From Flavobacteriales bacterium (GTDB taxonomy: Bacteria > Bacteroidota > Bacteroidia > Flavobacteriales_D > UBA2798): a DNA stretch of 54,425 bases. Position 1 is the stretch's first letter. Every line of letters starts with the position of its first letter. A program made the position numbers and the translations under genes. The stretch covers positions 1-54,425 of the forward strand of contig JBIKKU010000001.1 of assembly GCA_044360245.1 (NCBI GenBank), read 5' to 3'. Shown here piece after piece: positions 8,762 to 17,066 of the stretch. The notes beneath the pieces were generated by a model. It saw only the letters and a list, made by a program, of their open reading frames with translations, made no database searches and was not told where the DNA came from.

Positions 8762-10213
8762 ATGAAAACGATTCGCCTGCTCACCGGTTTTTCGATCCTT
8801 GCAAGTCTGGCTTCCTGCGGACTTCAAAACCAATCGGAATTGCATTCAGATTACGATGACGTTTACACCCAAAAAGGTCGTTACGTTTCGCCTGAAGAAC
8901 TTGCTCAAAACGAACAAGTAAAAAAAGCACAAACTCCCATAGATACCACTCAGGAAGATTATTACGATCCTTCCTATCGCGAAGCCTACGGCGGTGCTAC
9001 ATCGGGTAACAACTACTACGATGAGCGCTACAGCAATGGTGGTGGTACTACAAACGGATACTACAACAACAATTGCTACAGTTGCAACAACGGCTATTAC
9101 GGAAACAATTATTACGGAAACAACTATTACAACAACAATTGCTATTCCTGCAACAACGGATATTACGGGAACAATTACTACGGAAATAACTATTACGGAA
9201 ACGGATATTACGGCAATAGCTATTACGGCAATGGTTATTATGGAAACAATTATTACGGCAATGGCTATTGGGGAAACAACAATTATTGGGGCAACAACTG
9301 GAACAATGGCGGAAGCTGGTTTTGGTCGCCTTCCATAGGATGGTTTTATGGCTCCAACAATTTCTACAACCCTTACAATGGTTATGGCTATGGAAGTCCC
9401 TACTACGGTTACAATCCTTACAACCCTTATTACGGCTATCCTTCGTATGGTGGTGGTTATTACGACAACAATAACAACAACAGTTATTACGGTCACCGCA
9501 ACGGCATTGGATCGGGAAGTTCATCCAACAGCTCTTACAATCCTCGTCCGCGCAGCACAGAAGCCAACGCAGCCTCTGCAAACGAAGCCGGAAATACCAA
9601 TGTGCGCAACAGTTCCGGTCGTGCCGTTTTCACGGAAGCCTCAAGAGGTTCTTATGTGAGTCGCGATCAACCAAACACCAACACCTCCGGCAATACCAGC
9701 AGACCCGCAGTAAGCACTAAACCTGCGAATGTCAATCGTGTTCCGGTGGACCGCACACAGACTTCGCAAAACACCTCAACGGCAGAGCGCAACAACGGCA
9801 ATTCATCTACTTATACCAATCGCGGAAACGCTTCATCGAACAGCGGTGCAAGAACTACCAATTCCGGTTCAAGTGCAGAAAATCACCAATCCGGCTCAAG
9901 TTGGAACAAACCTGCAGCAAATAGCGGTCGCACTTCAAACGGTGATCGTTACAACAACTCCGGCTCATCCAATAACAACGGAAATTCAGGAAACTACAAC
10001 CAAGGCGGTTCTTCATCCGGCAATCGTGGTCAGTATTCCGGCGGATCATCCACACCTTCCAGAAACACAGGTTCCTCTTCGGGTGGAAGTTCAGTGCGTT
10101 CTTCGGGAGGCGGAGGTAGCTCCAGCGGTTCATCCGGAAGTTCTTCAGGTGGTGGCGGTGGTCGCAGCAGTGGCGGCGGCGGTGGAAGCCACAGCAGTGG
10201 TGGACGTCGATAA
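8762..10213 (+). CDS. low-complexity Tyr/Gly/Asn-rich lipoprotein with Ser/Gly/Asn-rich tail (no recognised family)
   Basis: Signal peptide with lipobox (MKTIRLLTGFSILASLAS-C). Residues ~82-243 are dominated by YYGNN-type repeats with two CYSC motifs. Residues ~244-483 are S/G/N/T/R-rich and end in GGGGGRSSGGGGGSHSSGGRR. Purely synonymous divergence between internal repeat copies supports real coding. Confidence 0.75.
   Translation: MKTIRLLTGFSILASLASCGLQNQSELHSDYDDVYTQKGRYVSPEELAQNEQVKKAQTPIDTTQEDYYDPSYREAYGGATSGNNYYDERYSNGGGTTNGYYNNNCYSCNNGYYGNNYYGNNYYNNNCYSCNNGYYGNNYYGNNYYGNGYYGNSYYGNGYYGNNYYGNGYWGNNNYWGNNWNNGGSWFWSPSIGWFYGSNNFYNPYNGYGYGSPYYGYNPYNPYYGYPSYGGGYYDNNNNNSYYGHRNGIGSGSSSNSSYNPRPRSTEANAASANEAGNTNVRNSSGRAVFTEASRGSYVSRDQPNTNTSGNTSRPAVSTKPANVNRVPVDRTQTSQNTSTAERNNGNSSTYTNRGNASSNSGARTTNSGSSAENHQSGSSWNKPAANSGRTSNGDRYNNSGSSNNNGNSGNYNQGGSSSGNRGQYSGGSSTPSRNTGSSSGGSSVRSSGGGGSSSGSSGSSSGGGGGRSSGGGGGSHSSGGRR
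9062..9280 (+). repeat. nested in-frame tandem repeats: 2 x 66 nt (22-aa unit YNNNCYSCNNGYYGNNYYGNNY), then six 15-nt units (YYGNx)
   Basis: Copies at 9062..9127 and 9128..9193 aligned by hand. They differ at 8 nt in 6 codons, all synonymous. Next come YYGNG YYGNS YYGNG YYGNN YYGNG YWGNN at 9191..9280. Confidence 0.9.
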
Positions 10214-10221
10214 TTCATTCC

Positions 10222-11682
10222 ATGAAAAAATTCTTTTTGGTTGCCTGGTGGAGTTTGACTGCAACGGCAACAATTACAGCGCAGAATGAAGTGGATGCCT
10301 TGCGGTATTCGATGTACCAGTTTGGCGGAACAGCCAGAAACATCAGTATGGCAGGAACACTCAGCGCCTTGGGTGGCGATGTTTCTTGTGCAGCTGTGAA
10401 TCCCGCGGGAATGGCGCGTTTTACACGAAGCGATTTTTCATTCGGATTCAATTACCTCGATGCCAATTCGCAAGGATATTTTAACGAGAGCGGACCGGTA
10501 AACAATGGTAGAAACCATTTCAACCTTTCGCATTTTTCACTTGTTGGTGCATTCGATGCTAAAAACAGCAGTGATTGGAAAACCATTCAATTCGGAATTG
10601 TTTACCAGCGTTATGCCAACTACAATCAAAAATTCACTTTCGAAGGCGCCAATTCCAGTTCCCTACTCGATGCTTTTGTAAATGAAGCCAACGGTGTGAA
10701 CCAAAACTATTTGTTGGATGAACGTCCATTTTATGCAGGAGTAGCTTATTTCGCTTATTTGATTGATCCGCTCGATACCATTGCCAACACCTATATTTCT
10801 GCCATTCCGGATGGACAAGTCAATGTTTCGCGCACGGTGGAACGCACGGGATCGATGAACGAAACCGATTTTGTGTTATCTGCCAATTACATGGATAAAG
10901 TGTATTTCGGTGCAACGCTGGGTATTCCGGGTATGCGATTCAATGAAGAATGGTCGCACCGCGAAACTCCCGTCGACACAAGCTTAAGCATCCAGGATTT
11001 CACCTTTCAACAAAGTCTGATTACACGCGGAACAGGAATCAACCTCAAAGCCGGCATTATGGTGCTTCCAAAACCGTGGTTGAGGATTGGACTTGCTTTT
11101 CATACACCTACCGGATTGTCGCTAACCGACAAATGGGCAACAGCTGCGTATGGTACGTTTAATTATGGTGATGAAAGCTGGACAAGCACAGCAGGAAATT
11201 ATTCCTATCATTTGCGTACACCCGGAAGAATAATTGGTACGCTTGGCGTAGTCATCAAAAAATACGGATCGATTGGCATTGAGGTGGAACAAGTTAATTA
11301 CGCACGCGCCAAACTTCGTTCAACTGCACTTGATCCGGATAACTATTCCTTCTATTTTGAAAACACCGCCATTCAGAACTATTACAGAAACACCCTCAAT
11401 TTTAAGGTGGGTGGTGAATTGCGACTCAATCCTTTTTACCTCCGTGCAGGTTATGCGCATTACGGCTCCCCCATGAAAGACGTTTCTGAAAGTGAAGTTT
11501 TGGCAAGACAAGTGTATACCGGAGGTATTGGATACAAAAACAGAATTTTTTACATCGATCTTGGATTTGCCATGCATCAATGGAAGGACTCCTATTATCC
11601 CTACGACCCCGAATTAACCAATCCGGGAAAAGTTAAAACAGTGGTAAATTCCTTTACCCTAAGCGGCGGAATAACTTTCTGA
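10222..11682 (+). CDS. FadL/TodX-like outer-membrane beta-barrel protein
   Basis: Signal peptide MKKFFLVAWWSLTATATITAQ. N-terminal DALRYS...GTARN.SMAG...ALGGD......NPAGMA resembles the hatch region of Bacteroidota FadL/Toluene_X-family barrels. Beta-strand-like periodicity throughout, and a C-terminal ...FTLSGGITF ending in an aromatic residue. Starts 8 nt after the previous stop. Confidence 0.7.
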   Translation: MKKFFLVAWWSLTATATITAQNEVDALRYSMYQFGGTARNISMAGTLSALGGDVSCAAVNPAGMARFTRSDFSFGFNYLDANSQGYFNESGPVNNGRNHFNLSHFSLVGAFDAKNSSDWKTIQFGIVYQRYANYNQKFTFEGANSSSLLDAFVNEANGVNQNYLLDERPFYAGVAYFAYLIDPLDTIANTYISAIPDGQVNVSRTVERTGSMNETDFVLSANYMDKVYFGATLGIPGMRFNEEWSHRETPVDTSLSIQDFTFQQSLITRGTGINLKAGIMVLPKPWLRIGLAFHTPTGLSLTDKWATAAYGTFNYGDESWTSTAGNYSYHLRTPGRIIGTLGVVIKKYGSIGIEVEQVNYARAKLRSTALDPDNYSFYFENTAIQNYYRNTLNFKVGGELRLNPFYLRAGYAHYGSPMKDVSESEVLARQVYTGGIGYKNRIFYIDLGFAMHQWKDSYYPYDPELTNPGKVKTVVNSFTLSGGITF

Positions 11683-11714
11683 AAAAAGGCAACCAAACAA
11701 TTTCGCATCTAGAC

Positions 11715-11758
11715 AAAAAAAATCCCCGTAAGACAACTTACGGGGATTTCTATTTTTT
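11715..11758. terminator. bidirectional rho-independent terminator between convergent genes
   Basis: Perfect 12-bp stem aatccccgtaag (11721..11732) / cttacggggatt (11737..11748) with loop acaa, flanked by an A-run upstream and a T-rich run downstream. Confidence 0.75.
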
Positions 11759-11766
11759 CTGAGCGA

Positions 11767-12528
11767 TTAAGCTTCTACTGAATCAGGATTGATGGCTTTG
11801 TCCACAAGGATTCTTCCGCAATACTCACACACGATAACTTTCTTGTGCATGCGGATGTCCAATTGACGTTGTGGTGGAATATGGTTGAAGCAACCACCGC
11901 AAGAATCACGCTCCACTGCGACAACAGCAAGACCGTTACGAGAATTCGAACGTAATCTGTTGTATGCGGTAATCAATCGGCCATCGATGTGAGCTTCTGC
12001 AGCTTTTGCTTGTGAAAGCAGTTCATCTTCTTCTTTTTGTGTTTCGTCAATGATCTCTTTCAACTCTGCTTTTTTCAACTCGAGATCTTTTTTCTTCTCG
12101 TCCAACAAAGCACGTGAAGAAGTAACAAATTCAGCTTTAGCTACTGAAGAGGTTTTGAACTCCTTAATTTTTTTCTCAGCGAGTTGAATCTCGAGGTTTT
12201 GGAATTCTAATTCTTTGGTAATGGAATCGTACTCGCGGTTGTTACGCACTTTACCTTGTTGTTCTTCGTATTTACGAATATTGGCTTGTGCATCTTTGAT
12301 GGCGTTTTTACGGTCGTTGATCTGACGCTCTACATCCGCAGCTTCCTCTTCAAGGCGGGCAACACGGGTCTCAAGTCCGGCAATTTCGTCTTCAAGATCC
12401 TGAACCTCCAATGGAAGTTCCCCACGCACAGTACGAATACGGTCGATTTGTGAATGGATATGCTGAAGATTGTAAAGGGAACGAAGTTTTTCTTCTACTG
12501 AGATCTCTTTTTCTGCTGAATTAGCCAT
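11767..12528 (-). CDS. zinc-ribbon/coiled-coil protein (COG1579, DUF164 type)
   Basis: 253 aa with a long coiled-coil and a C-terminal C4 zinc ribbon (CGGC...CEYCGRIL). It is the usual partner immediately downstream of Nif3-family genes. Confidence 0.85.
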   Translation of the reverse strand: MANSAEKEISVEEKLRSLYNLQHIHSQIDRIRTVRGELPLEVQDLEDEIAGLETRVARLEEEAADVERQINDRKNAIKDAQANIRKYEEQQGKVRNNREYDSITKELEFQNLEIQLAEKKIKEFKTSSVAKAEFVTSSRALLDEKKKDLELKKAELKEIIDETQKEEDELLSQAKAAEAHIDGRLITAYNRLRSNSRNGLAVVAVERDSCGGCFNHIPPQRQLDIRMHKKVIVCEYCGRILVDKAINPDSVEA

Positions 12529-12530
12529 GT

Positions 12531-13625
12531 TTAAAGATAATTGATGGGATTAGTATTGGTTTCCGTCAAATGAACGGCAAATGTAGGAAATTTTTTCTTT
12601 ATCCAATCCCCAAGAAGGTCGATGGTAAAGCGTTCGCTTTCGTAATGCCCGATATCTGCTATCAGAATCCTACCCTCGGCATCGAAAAACTCATGGTACT
12701 TGAAATCCCCGGTAACAAAGGCATCAGCTCCTGCGCGCATGGCCGACTGCAAGAGAAAACTCCCTGACCCGCCACAAATGGCCACTTTACGGATGCGACG
12801 CCCGACAAATGGCGAATATCGCAAGGTTTTTAGACCCATGGCGGATTTCAGCATCTGCAGGAAATCTTGCTCCGACATTTCTTGAGCCAAGTCACCCACC
12901 ATCCCCGCGCCCGTTGTTTGGAGGCTGTTATCCAGTGTCACTAGATCGTAAGCAACTTCTTCGTAGGGATGATTTCCTTTCATTGCGGTAAGCACCGACG
13001 ACTCTATCCAGGCCGGAAAAACCACCTCTACCCTAACTTCGGGTTCTCGGTGCCTGATACCAATTTCTCCTATCGCCGGATGAGCTCCCTCTCCCGCAAA
13101 ATAGGTCCCGTAGCCCTCCATGTTAAAACTGCAATCGGAATAATTCCCGATTTGTCCGGCCCCGGCAGCAAACAAGGCATTGCGCAAAGTTTCCGCATGA
13201 TCAGAAGGGACATAAACGCCCAGTTTTTTGAGTATCCCGGTTTTCGGCTGTAGAATACGGGTATTCTGCAATCCAAGTTGAGTTGCAAAACGGGCATTCA
13301 CTCCTTCGTTTACATGGTCGAGGTTGGTATGAATGGCATAAAGCGCAATATCGTTTCGTATGGCCTTGAGGACAGTGCGTTCAACATAATTGGCTCCCGT
13401 AATTTTTTTTAGTCCTTTAAATACAATCGGGTGATGACTGACGATCACGTTGCATCCTTTACGAATAGCCTCTTCTACCACATCTTCGGTGCAATCCAGC
13501 GAAACAAGCACCGCTTTTATTTCATCGCTCGCATTGCCGCAAATCAAACCCGCGTTATCGTAAGATTCTTGCAAACTCAAAGGGGCTCTTGACTCCAGAA
13601 AACGGATCAGTTCTGCTATTTTCAT
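12531..13625 (-). CDS. Nif3-like dinuclear metal centre protein (GTP cyclohydrolase 1 type 2 homologue)
   Basis: MKIAELIRFLESRAPLSLQESYDNAGL start at ATG 13625, SHHPIVFKGLKKI motif, and C-terminal GHYESERF. The longer ORF-track N-terminus would run through the predicted promoter box. Confidence 0.9.
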   Translation of the reverse strand: MKIAELIRFLESRAPLSLQESYDNAGLICGNASDEIKAVLVSLDCTEDVVEEAIRKGCNVIVSHHPIVFKGLKKITGANYVERTVLKAIRNDIALYAIHTNLDHVNEGVNARFATQLGLQNTRILQPKTGILKKLGVYVPSDHAETLRNALFAAGAGQIGNYSDCSFNMEGYGTYFAGEGAHPAIGEIGIRHREPEVRVEVVFPAWIESSVLTAMKGNHPYEEVAYDLVTLDNSLQTTGAGMVGDLAQEMSEQDFLQMLKSAMGLKTLRYSPFVGRRIRKVAICGGSGSFLLQSAMRAGADAFVTGDFKYHEFFDAEGRILIADIGHYESERFTIDLLGDWIKKKFPTFAVHLTETNTNPINYL

Positions 13626-13639
13626 ACCGGTATTTTCCC

Positions 13640-13647
13640 CAAAAATA
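13640..13647 (-). promoter_or_regulatory. candidate -7 promoter box (TATTTTTG) for the Nif3/zinc-ribbon operon
   Basis: Perfect TAnnTTTG on the minus strand, 14 nt upstream of ATG 13625. Confidence 0.45.
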
Positions 13648-13684
13648 GCCCAAATTCCTCCAAGTGTTGCTGCAGGTTTATCAC

Positions 13685-13692
13685 TACATTTG
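13685..13692 (+). promoter_or_regulatory. candidate -7 promoter box (TACATTTG) for lpxK
   Basis: Perfect TAnnTTTG ending 6 nt before ATG 13699. The ORF-track TTG start at 13690 lies inside this box. Confidence 0.45.
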
Positions 13693-13698
13693 CCCGCT

Positions 13699-14769
13699 AT
13701 GAAAATTTTCAGGTACCTGCTGTTTCCGTTCACCATCCTTTTTGTGTGCATTACAGAAAGCAGGAATTTTTTTTACCGCACCGGCATCCTTAAACCTAGT
13801 TCATTTTCAACCCCGGTCATTTGCATTGGAAATTTATCGGTTGGCGGAACAGGAAAATCGCCCATGGTAAATTACCTTGCCTCACATTTAAAAAGCCAAT
13901 ACCAAATTGCTGTGTTGAGCAGAGGGTATGGACGCAAAACCCGCGATTACCTAGAAGTAGAAACCGACATGTCGGCAGATACCTGCGGCGATGAACCCTT
14001 GCAATGCAAACGCAAAAATCCCGACATTCTCGTATCGGTAGATGGGAATCGTGTAAGAGGAATTGTTTTCCAATTGGGCGACCACCCCAATACAGATCTT
14101 GTATTGTTGGATGATGCCTTTCAACACCGTGCAGTAAAAGCCGGATTAAACATTTTACTCACAGAATTTTCCAATCCTTTTTTTCAAGACCACGTCCTTC
14201 CTACCGGAAATTTGCGTGAGTTGCGTAAAAATGCCCGGCGCGCGAATTTGATGGTAGTAACGAAATGTCCAACTGAACTCAGCGATGCGCAACGAAATGA
14301 TTATCGCGCTCAGATCAAAAAATACACCGATGCTGATGTGTTTTTTGCATCGATTCAGTATACCGAAATTCACCCTTTACGAACAGAACTTACTGCTCTT
14401 TCGTCGGTGAAGGGAAAGAAAATTATTTTGGTCACAGGCATTGCCAATCCCGCTCCGCTCGAGGATTACCTGAAACAACAAGGCGCGGAAATTCACCCTA
14501 TGTTTTTTGCGGACCATTATCGTTTTAAGGAAAAAGACATTCAACAAATTCAGTCCAAATGGAAAGAAATTGGACAGGATGTCATCCTCATGACCACCGA
14601 AAAAGACGCCATGCGATTAGGGAGTCTGACAGGAGTATCCAAAACTATTTTGGACACACTCCCGATGTATTACCAGAGTATTGGAATCACTATTGAAAAC
14701 GAAGAAAAATTTAACTTGCATATCCATGAATTTATCCGAACAAATCAAGGAGACAGCAGCGTTTCTTAA
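13699..14769 (+). CDS. lpxK: tetraacyldisaccharide 4'-kinase
   Basis: MKIFRYLLFPFT... N-terminus, P-loop GNLSVGGTGKSP, and an LDDAFQH motif. Confidence 0.9.
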   Translation: MKIFRYLLFPFTILFVCITESRNFFYRTGILKPSSFSTPVICIGNLSVGGTGKSPMVNYLASHLKSQYQIAVLSRGYGRKTRDYLEVETDMSADTCGDEPLQCKRKNPDILVSVDGNRVRGIVFQLGDHPNTDLVLLDDAFQHRAVKAGLNILLTEFSNPFFQDHVLPTGNLRELRKNARRANLMVVTKCPTELSDAQRNDYRAQIKKYTDADVFFASIQYTEIHPLRTELTALSSVKGKKIILVTGIANPAPLEDYLKQQGAEIHPMFFADHYRFKEKDIQQIQSKWKEIGQDVILMTTEKDAMRLGSLTGVSKTILDTLPMYYQSIGITIENEEKFNLHIHEFIRTNQGDSSVS

Positions 14770-15544
14770 AGCGCAAACTGCTCTTGTTCCTGAAACAGGA
14801 ATCATTCTTGGCACCGGTCTTGGCGGACTGGTAAAAGAAATTGTGGTGGAAAAGGAAATTCCTTACGCATCTATTCCTCACTTCCCTGTTTCAACGGTTC
14901 AGGGACATTCGGGTAAATTGTTATTCGGGAAATTGGGTGGAAAAAACATTGTGGCCATGCAAGGTCGCTTTCATTTTTACGAAGGCTACACCATGCAACA
15001 AATTACTTTTCCGGTGCGTGTCATGAAAGCACTTGGCATCAGTCGTTTGTTCCTTTCCAATGCTGCAGGAGGCACCAATCCTGATTTTCAAATTGGCGAA
15101 ATCATGATCATTCGTGATCACATCAATTTATTTCCTTCGAATCCGCTGATCGGAAAAAACGATGATCAACTTGGTCCGCGTTTCCCCGACATGAGTGAGC
15201 CTTACGACAAAAAAATGATTGCGCTGGCCAAAGCAATAGCCGCAGAAAACGGTATTCGCGTGAAAGAAGGCGTTTATGCAGGATTGTCGGGACCTTGTTT
15301 CGAAACTCCTGCAGAATACAAATACATTCATATCATTGGCGGTGATGCTGTAGGTATGAGCACTGTACCTGAGGTTATTGTTGCTCGTCATTCGGGTATT
15401 CCATGTTTTGCGGTATCCATCATCACCGATTTGGGTATTGATGGAAAAATTGTGGAAGTCAGTCACGAAGAGGTGCAAAAAGTGGCTGCAGAAGCGGAAC
15501 CGCGAATGACCACCATCATTCGTGAACTCCTTTCGCGCTCCTGA
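14726..15544 (+). CDS. purine nucleoside phosphorylase (trimeric PNP/PunA type)
   Basis: MNLSEQIKETAAFLK...GIILGTGLGGL, GRFHFYEGY and GDAVGMSTVPEV motifs. The start at ATG 14726 overlaps the lpxK 3' end by 44 nt. Confidence 0.9.
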   Translation: MNLSEQIKETAAFLKAQTALVPETGIILGTGLGGLVKEIVVEKEIPYASIPHFPVSTVQGHSGKLLFGKLGGKNIVAMQGRFHFYEGYTMQQITFPVRVMKALGISRLFLSNAAGGTNPDFQIGEIMIIRDHINLFPSNPLIGKNDDQLGPRFPDMSEPYDKKMIALAKAIAAENGIRVKEGVYAGLSGPCFETPAEYKYIHIIGGDAVGMSTVPEVIVARHSGIPCFAVSIITDLGIDGKIVEVSHEEVQKVAAEAEPRMTTIIRELLSRS

Positions 15545-15598
15545 TTTTATCCCCTTTCAGGCCATATTTTTCGTATCTTTAGCGCTTCATGAAAATAC

Positions 15599-17065
15599 AT
15601 GGAAAGCGTTTACGATAAATACGAAGCCGTTATCGGCCTTGAGGTGCATGCACAGTTGCTTACAGCCTCCAAAAATTTTGCTCCCGATCGCAATGAATAC
15701 GGTGCATTGCCTAACCATAACGTGAGTGTTATTTCGTTGGGTCACCCCGGAACATTGCCTAAGCTGAATAAAAAAACCATTGAGTTTGCGGTTCGTTTAG
15801 GATTGGCCACGGGTTGTAAAATCCGCGAGCACATGCATTTTGCCCGCAAGAATTATTTTTATGCGGATCTTCCAAAGGGTTATCAAATTACCCAAGACAA
15901 TACGCCCATTTGCACGGAAGGACTCATTCGCATTAAGGACGATAACAATGCCGAAAAAATCATAGGAATTACCCGAATCCACATCGAAGAGGATGCAGGT
16001 AAAAGCATTCACGATGTTGATCCGTTTGACACTTTGGTTGACCTCAACCGCGCGGGTGTTCCGCTTTTGGAAATTGTTTCGGAACCCGATTTGCGCACCG
16101 GAAAAGAAGCCTACAATTACCTCACGGAAGTCCGCAAACTTTTGCGTTACCTGGAAGTATGTGACGGCAACATGGAAGAAGGTTCCATGCGTTGCGATGC
16201 AAACATTTCCGTCCGTTTGAAAGGCGCTCCCAAATTTGGTACACGCGCGGAGGTAAAAAACATGAACTCCATTCGAAACGTGCAACGTGCCATCGAACAC
16301 GAAATCAAACGTCAGATTGACCTCATCGAAGCAGGCGGTATTGTTGTTCAGGAAACACGCACTTTTGATGCTGTAAGCGGAACCACCATGAGCATGCGTT
16401 CCAAAGAAATGGCGCACGATTACCGTTACTTCCCCGAACCCGATTTGCAACCTGTAACCGTATCGCAGGAATACATCGGAAAAATCAAAAGCACTTTACC
16501 TCCTCTTCCTTCCGAATTGTTTTTGCGTTATACCAAAGAACTCGGATTGCCGGAATACGATGCATACCAATTGACCGACGATAAAGCGGTTGCTTTGTTT
16601 TTTGAGGAACTCATGAAACATACAGCGAATGCAAAATCTGCTGCCAACTGGATCATGGGTGAAATTCGTTCCTGGTTGAATGAAAACGGAAAAGAAATTC
16701 ATCAGTTTGTTTTGCAACCTGCACAAATCGCCGCCATCATTGCTCTGATCGATAGCGGAAAAGTTAGCCATACGGTTGCTGCACAACAAATCTTTCCGAA
16801 ACTTACCGAACATCCGGATAAAACACCTTTGCAAATTGCCGAAGAAAACAACCTCATTCAAGAAAGCGATGAAGGTGCCTTGCTGGAATTTGTAAAACAA
16901 GCCATCACGAATGTTGGTTCTGCAAAAGTGGCGGAATACAAAGGCGGAAAAAAAGGACTTGTAGGATTGTTTATGGGTGAAGTCATGAAACTTTCCAAAG
17001 GAAAAGCTGATCCAAAAACAGCAAATCAATTGCTAGTGAAACAACTTGAAGAAACAGAAATCTGA
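15599..17065 (+). CDS. gatB: Asp-tRNA(Asn)/Glu-tRNA(Gln) amidotransferase subunit B
   Basis: 488 aa. YEAVIGLEVHAQL N-terminus, RCDANISVR, and a C-terminal YqeY-like tail, as expected for GatB. Confidence 0.95.
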   Translation: MESVYDKYEAVIGLEVHAQLLTASKNFAPDRNEYGALPNHNVSVISLGHPGTLPKLNKKTIEFAVRLGLATGCKIREHMHFARKNYFYADLPKGYQITQDNTPICTEGLIRIKDDNNAEKIIGITRIHIEEDAGKSIHDVDPFDTLVDLNRAGVPLLEIVSEPDLRTGKEAYNYLTEVRKLLRYLEVCDGNMEEGSMRCDANISVRLKGAPKFGTRAEVKNMNSIRNVQRAIEHEIKRQIDLIEAGGIVVQETRTFDAVSGTTMSMRSKEMAHDYRYFPEPDLQPVTVSQEYIGKIKSTLPPLPSELFLRYTKELGLPEYDAYQLTDDKAVALFFEELMKHTANAKSAANWIMGEIRSWLNENGKEIHQFVLQPAQIAAIIALIDSGKVSHTVAAQQIFPKLTEHPDKTPLQIAEENNLIQESDEGALLEFVKQAITNVGSAKVAEYKGGKKGLVGLFMGEVMKLSKGKADPKTANQLLVKQLEETEI

Positions 17066-17066
17066 C

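Noticed and set aside
8846-9581. Long minus-strand ORFs (216 aa and 177 aa) and plus-strand alternative-frame ORFs inside the Tyr/Gly/Asn repeat region.
   Set aside because: These are mirror and frame-shifted readings of TAC/AAC/GGA repeats, which contain no stop codons in several frames. Their products are V/I/T-only or C/R/N-only strings. The synonymous-only divergence between repeat copies identifies the + strand frame starting at 8762 as the coding one.
9729-10289. A 186-aa + strand ORF in another frame spanning the Ser/Gly tail and the start of the next gene, and a 62-aa Pro-rich minus ORF at 10030..10218.
   Set aside because: Both are low-complexity shadows. GGN/AGC codons read out of frame or in antisense give Pro/Ala/Val runs. 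Neither has an independent start context, and the first would override two well-formed signal-peptide genes.
14726-14769. A 44-nt overlap between the lpxK 3' end and the PNP 5' end, considered as a possible frameshift or fusion artefact.
   Set aside because: Both proteins look complete. The PNP N-terminus matches family expectations from ATG 14726, and LpxK has its full length. Such an overlap is unusual but not evidence of a lesion.
15797-17029. Two long minus-strand ORFs (217 aa and 177 aa) opposite gatB.
   Set aside because: gatB is unambiguous on the + strand. The antisense ORFs have no recognisable motifs and show typical shadow-ORF composition.
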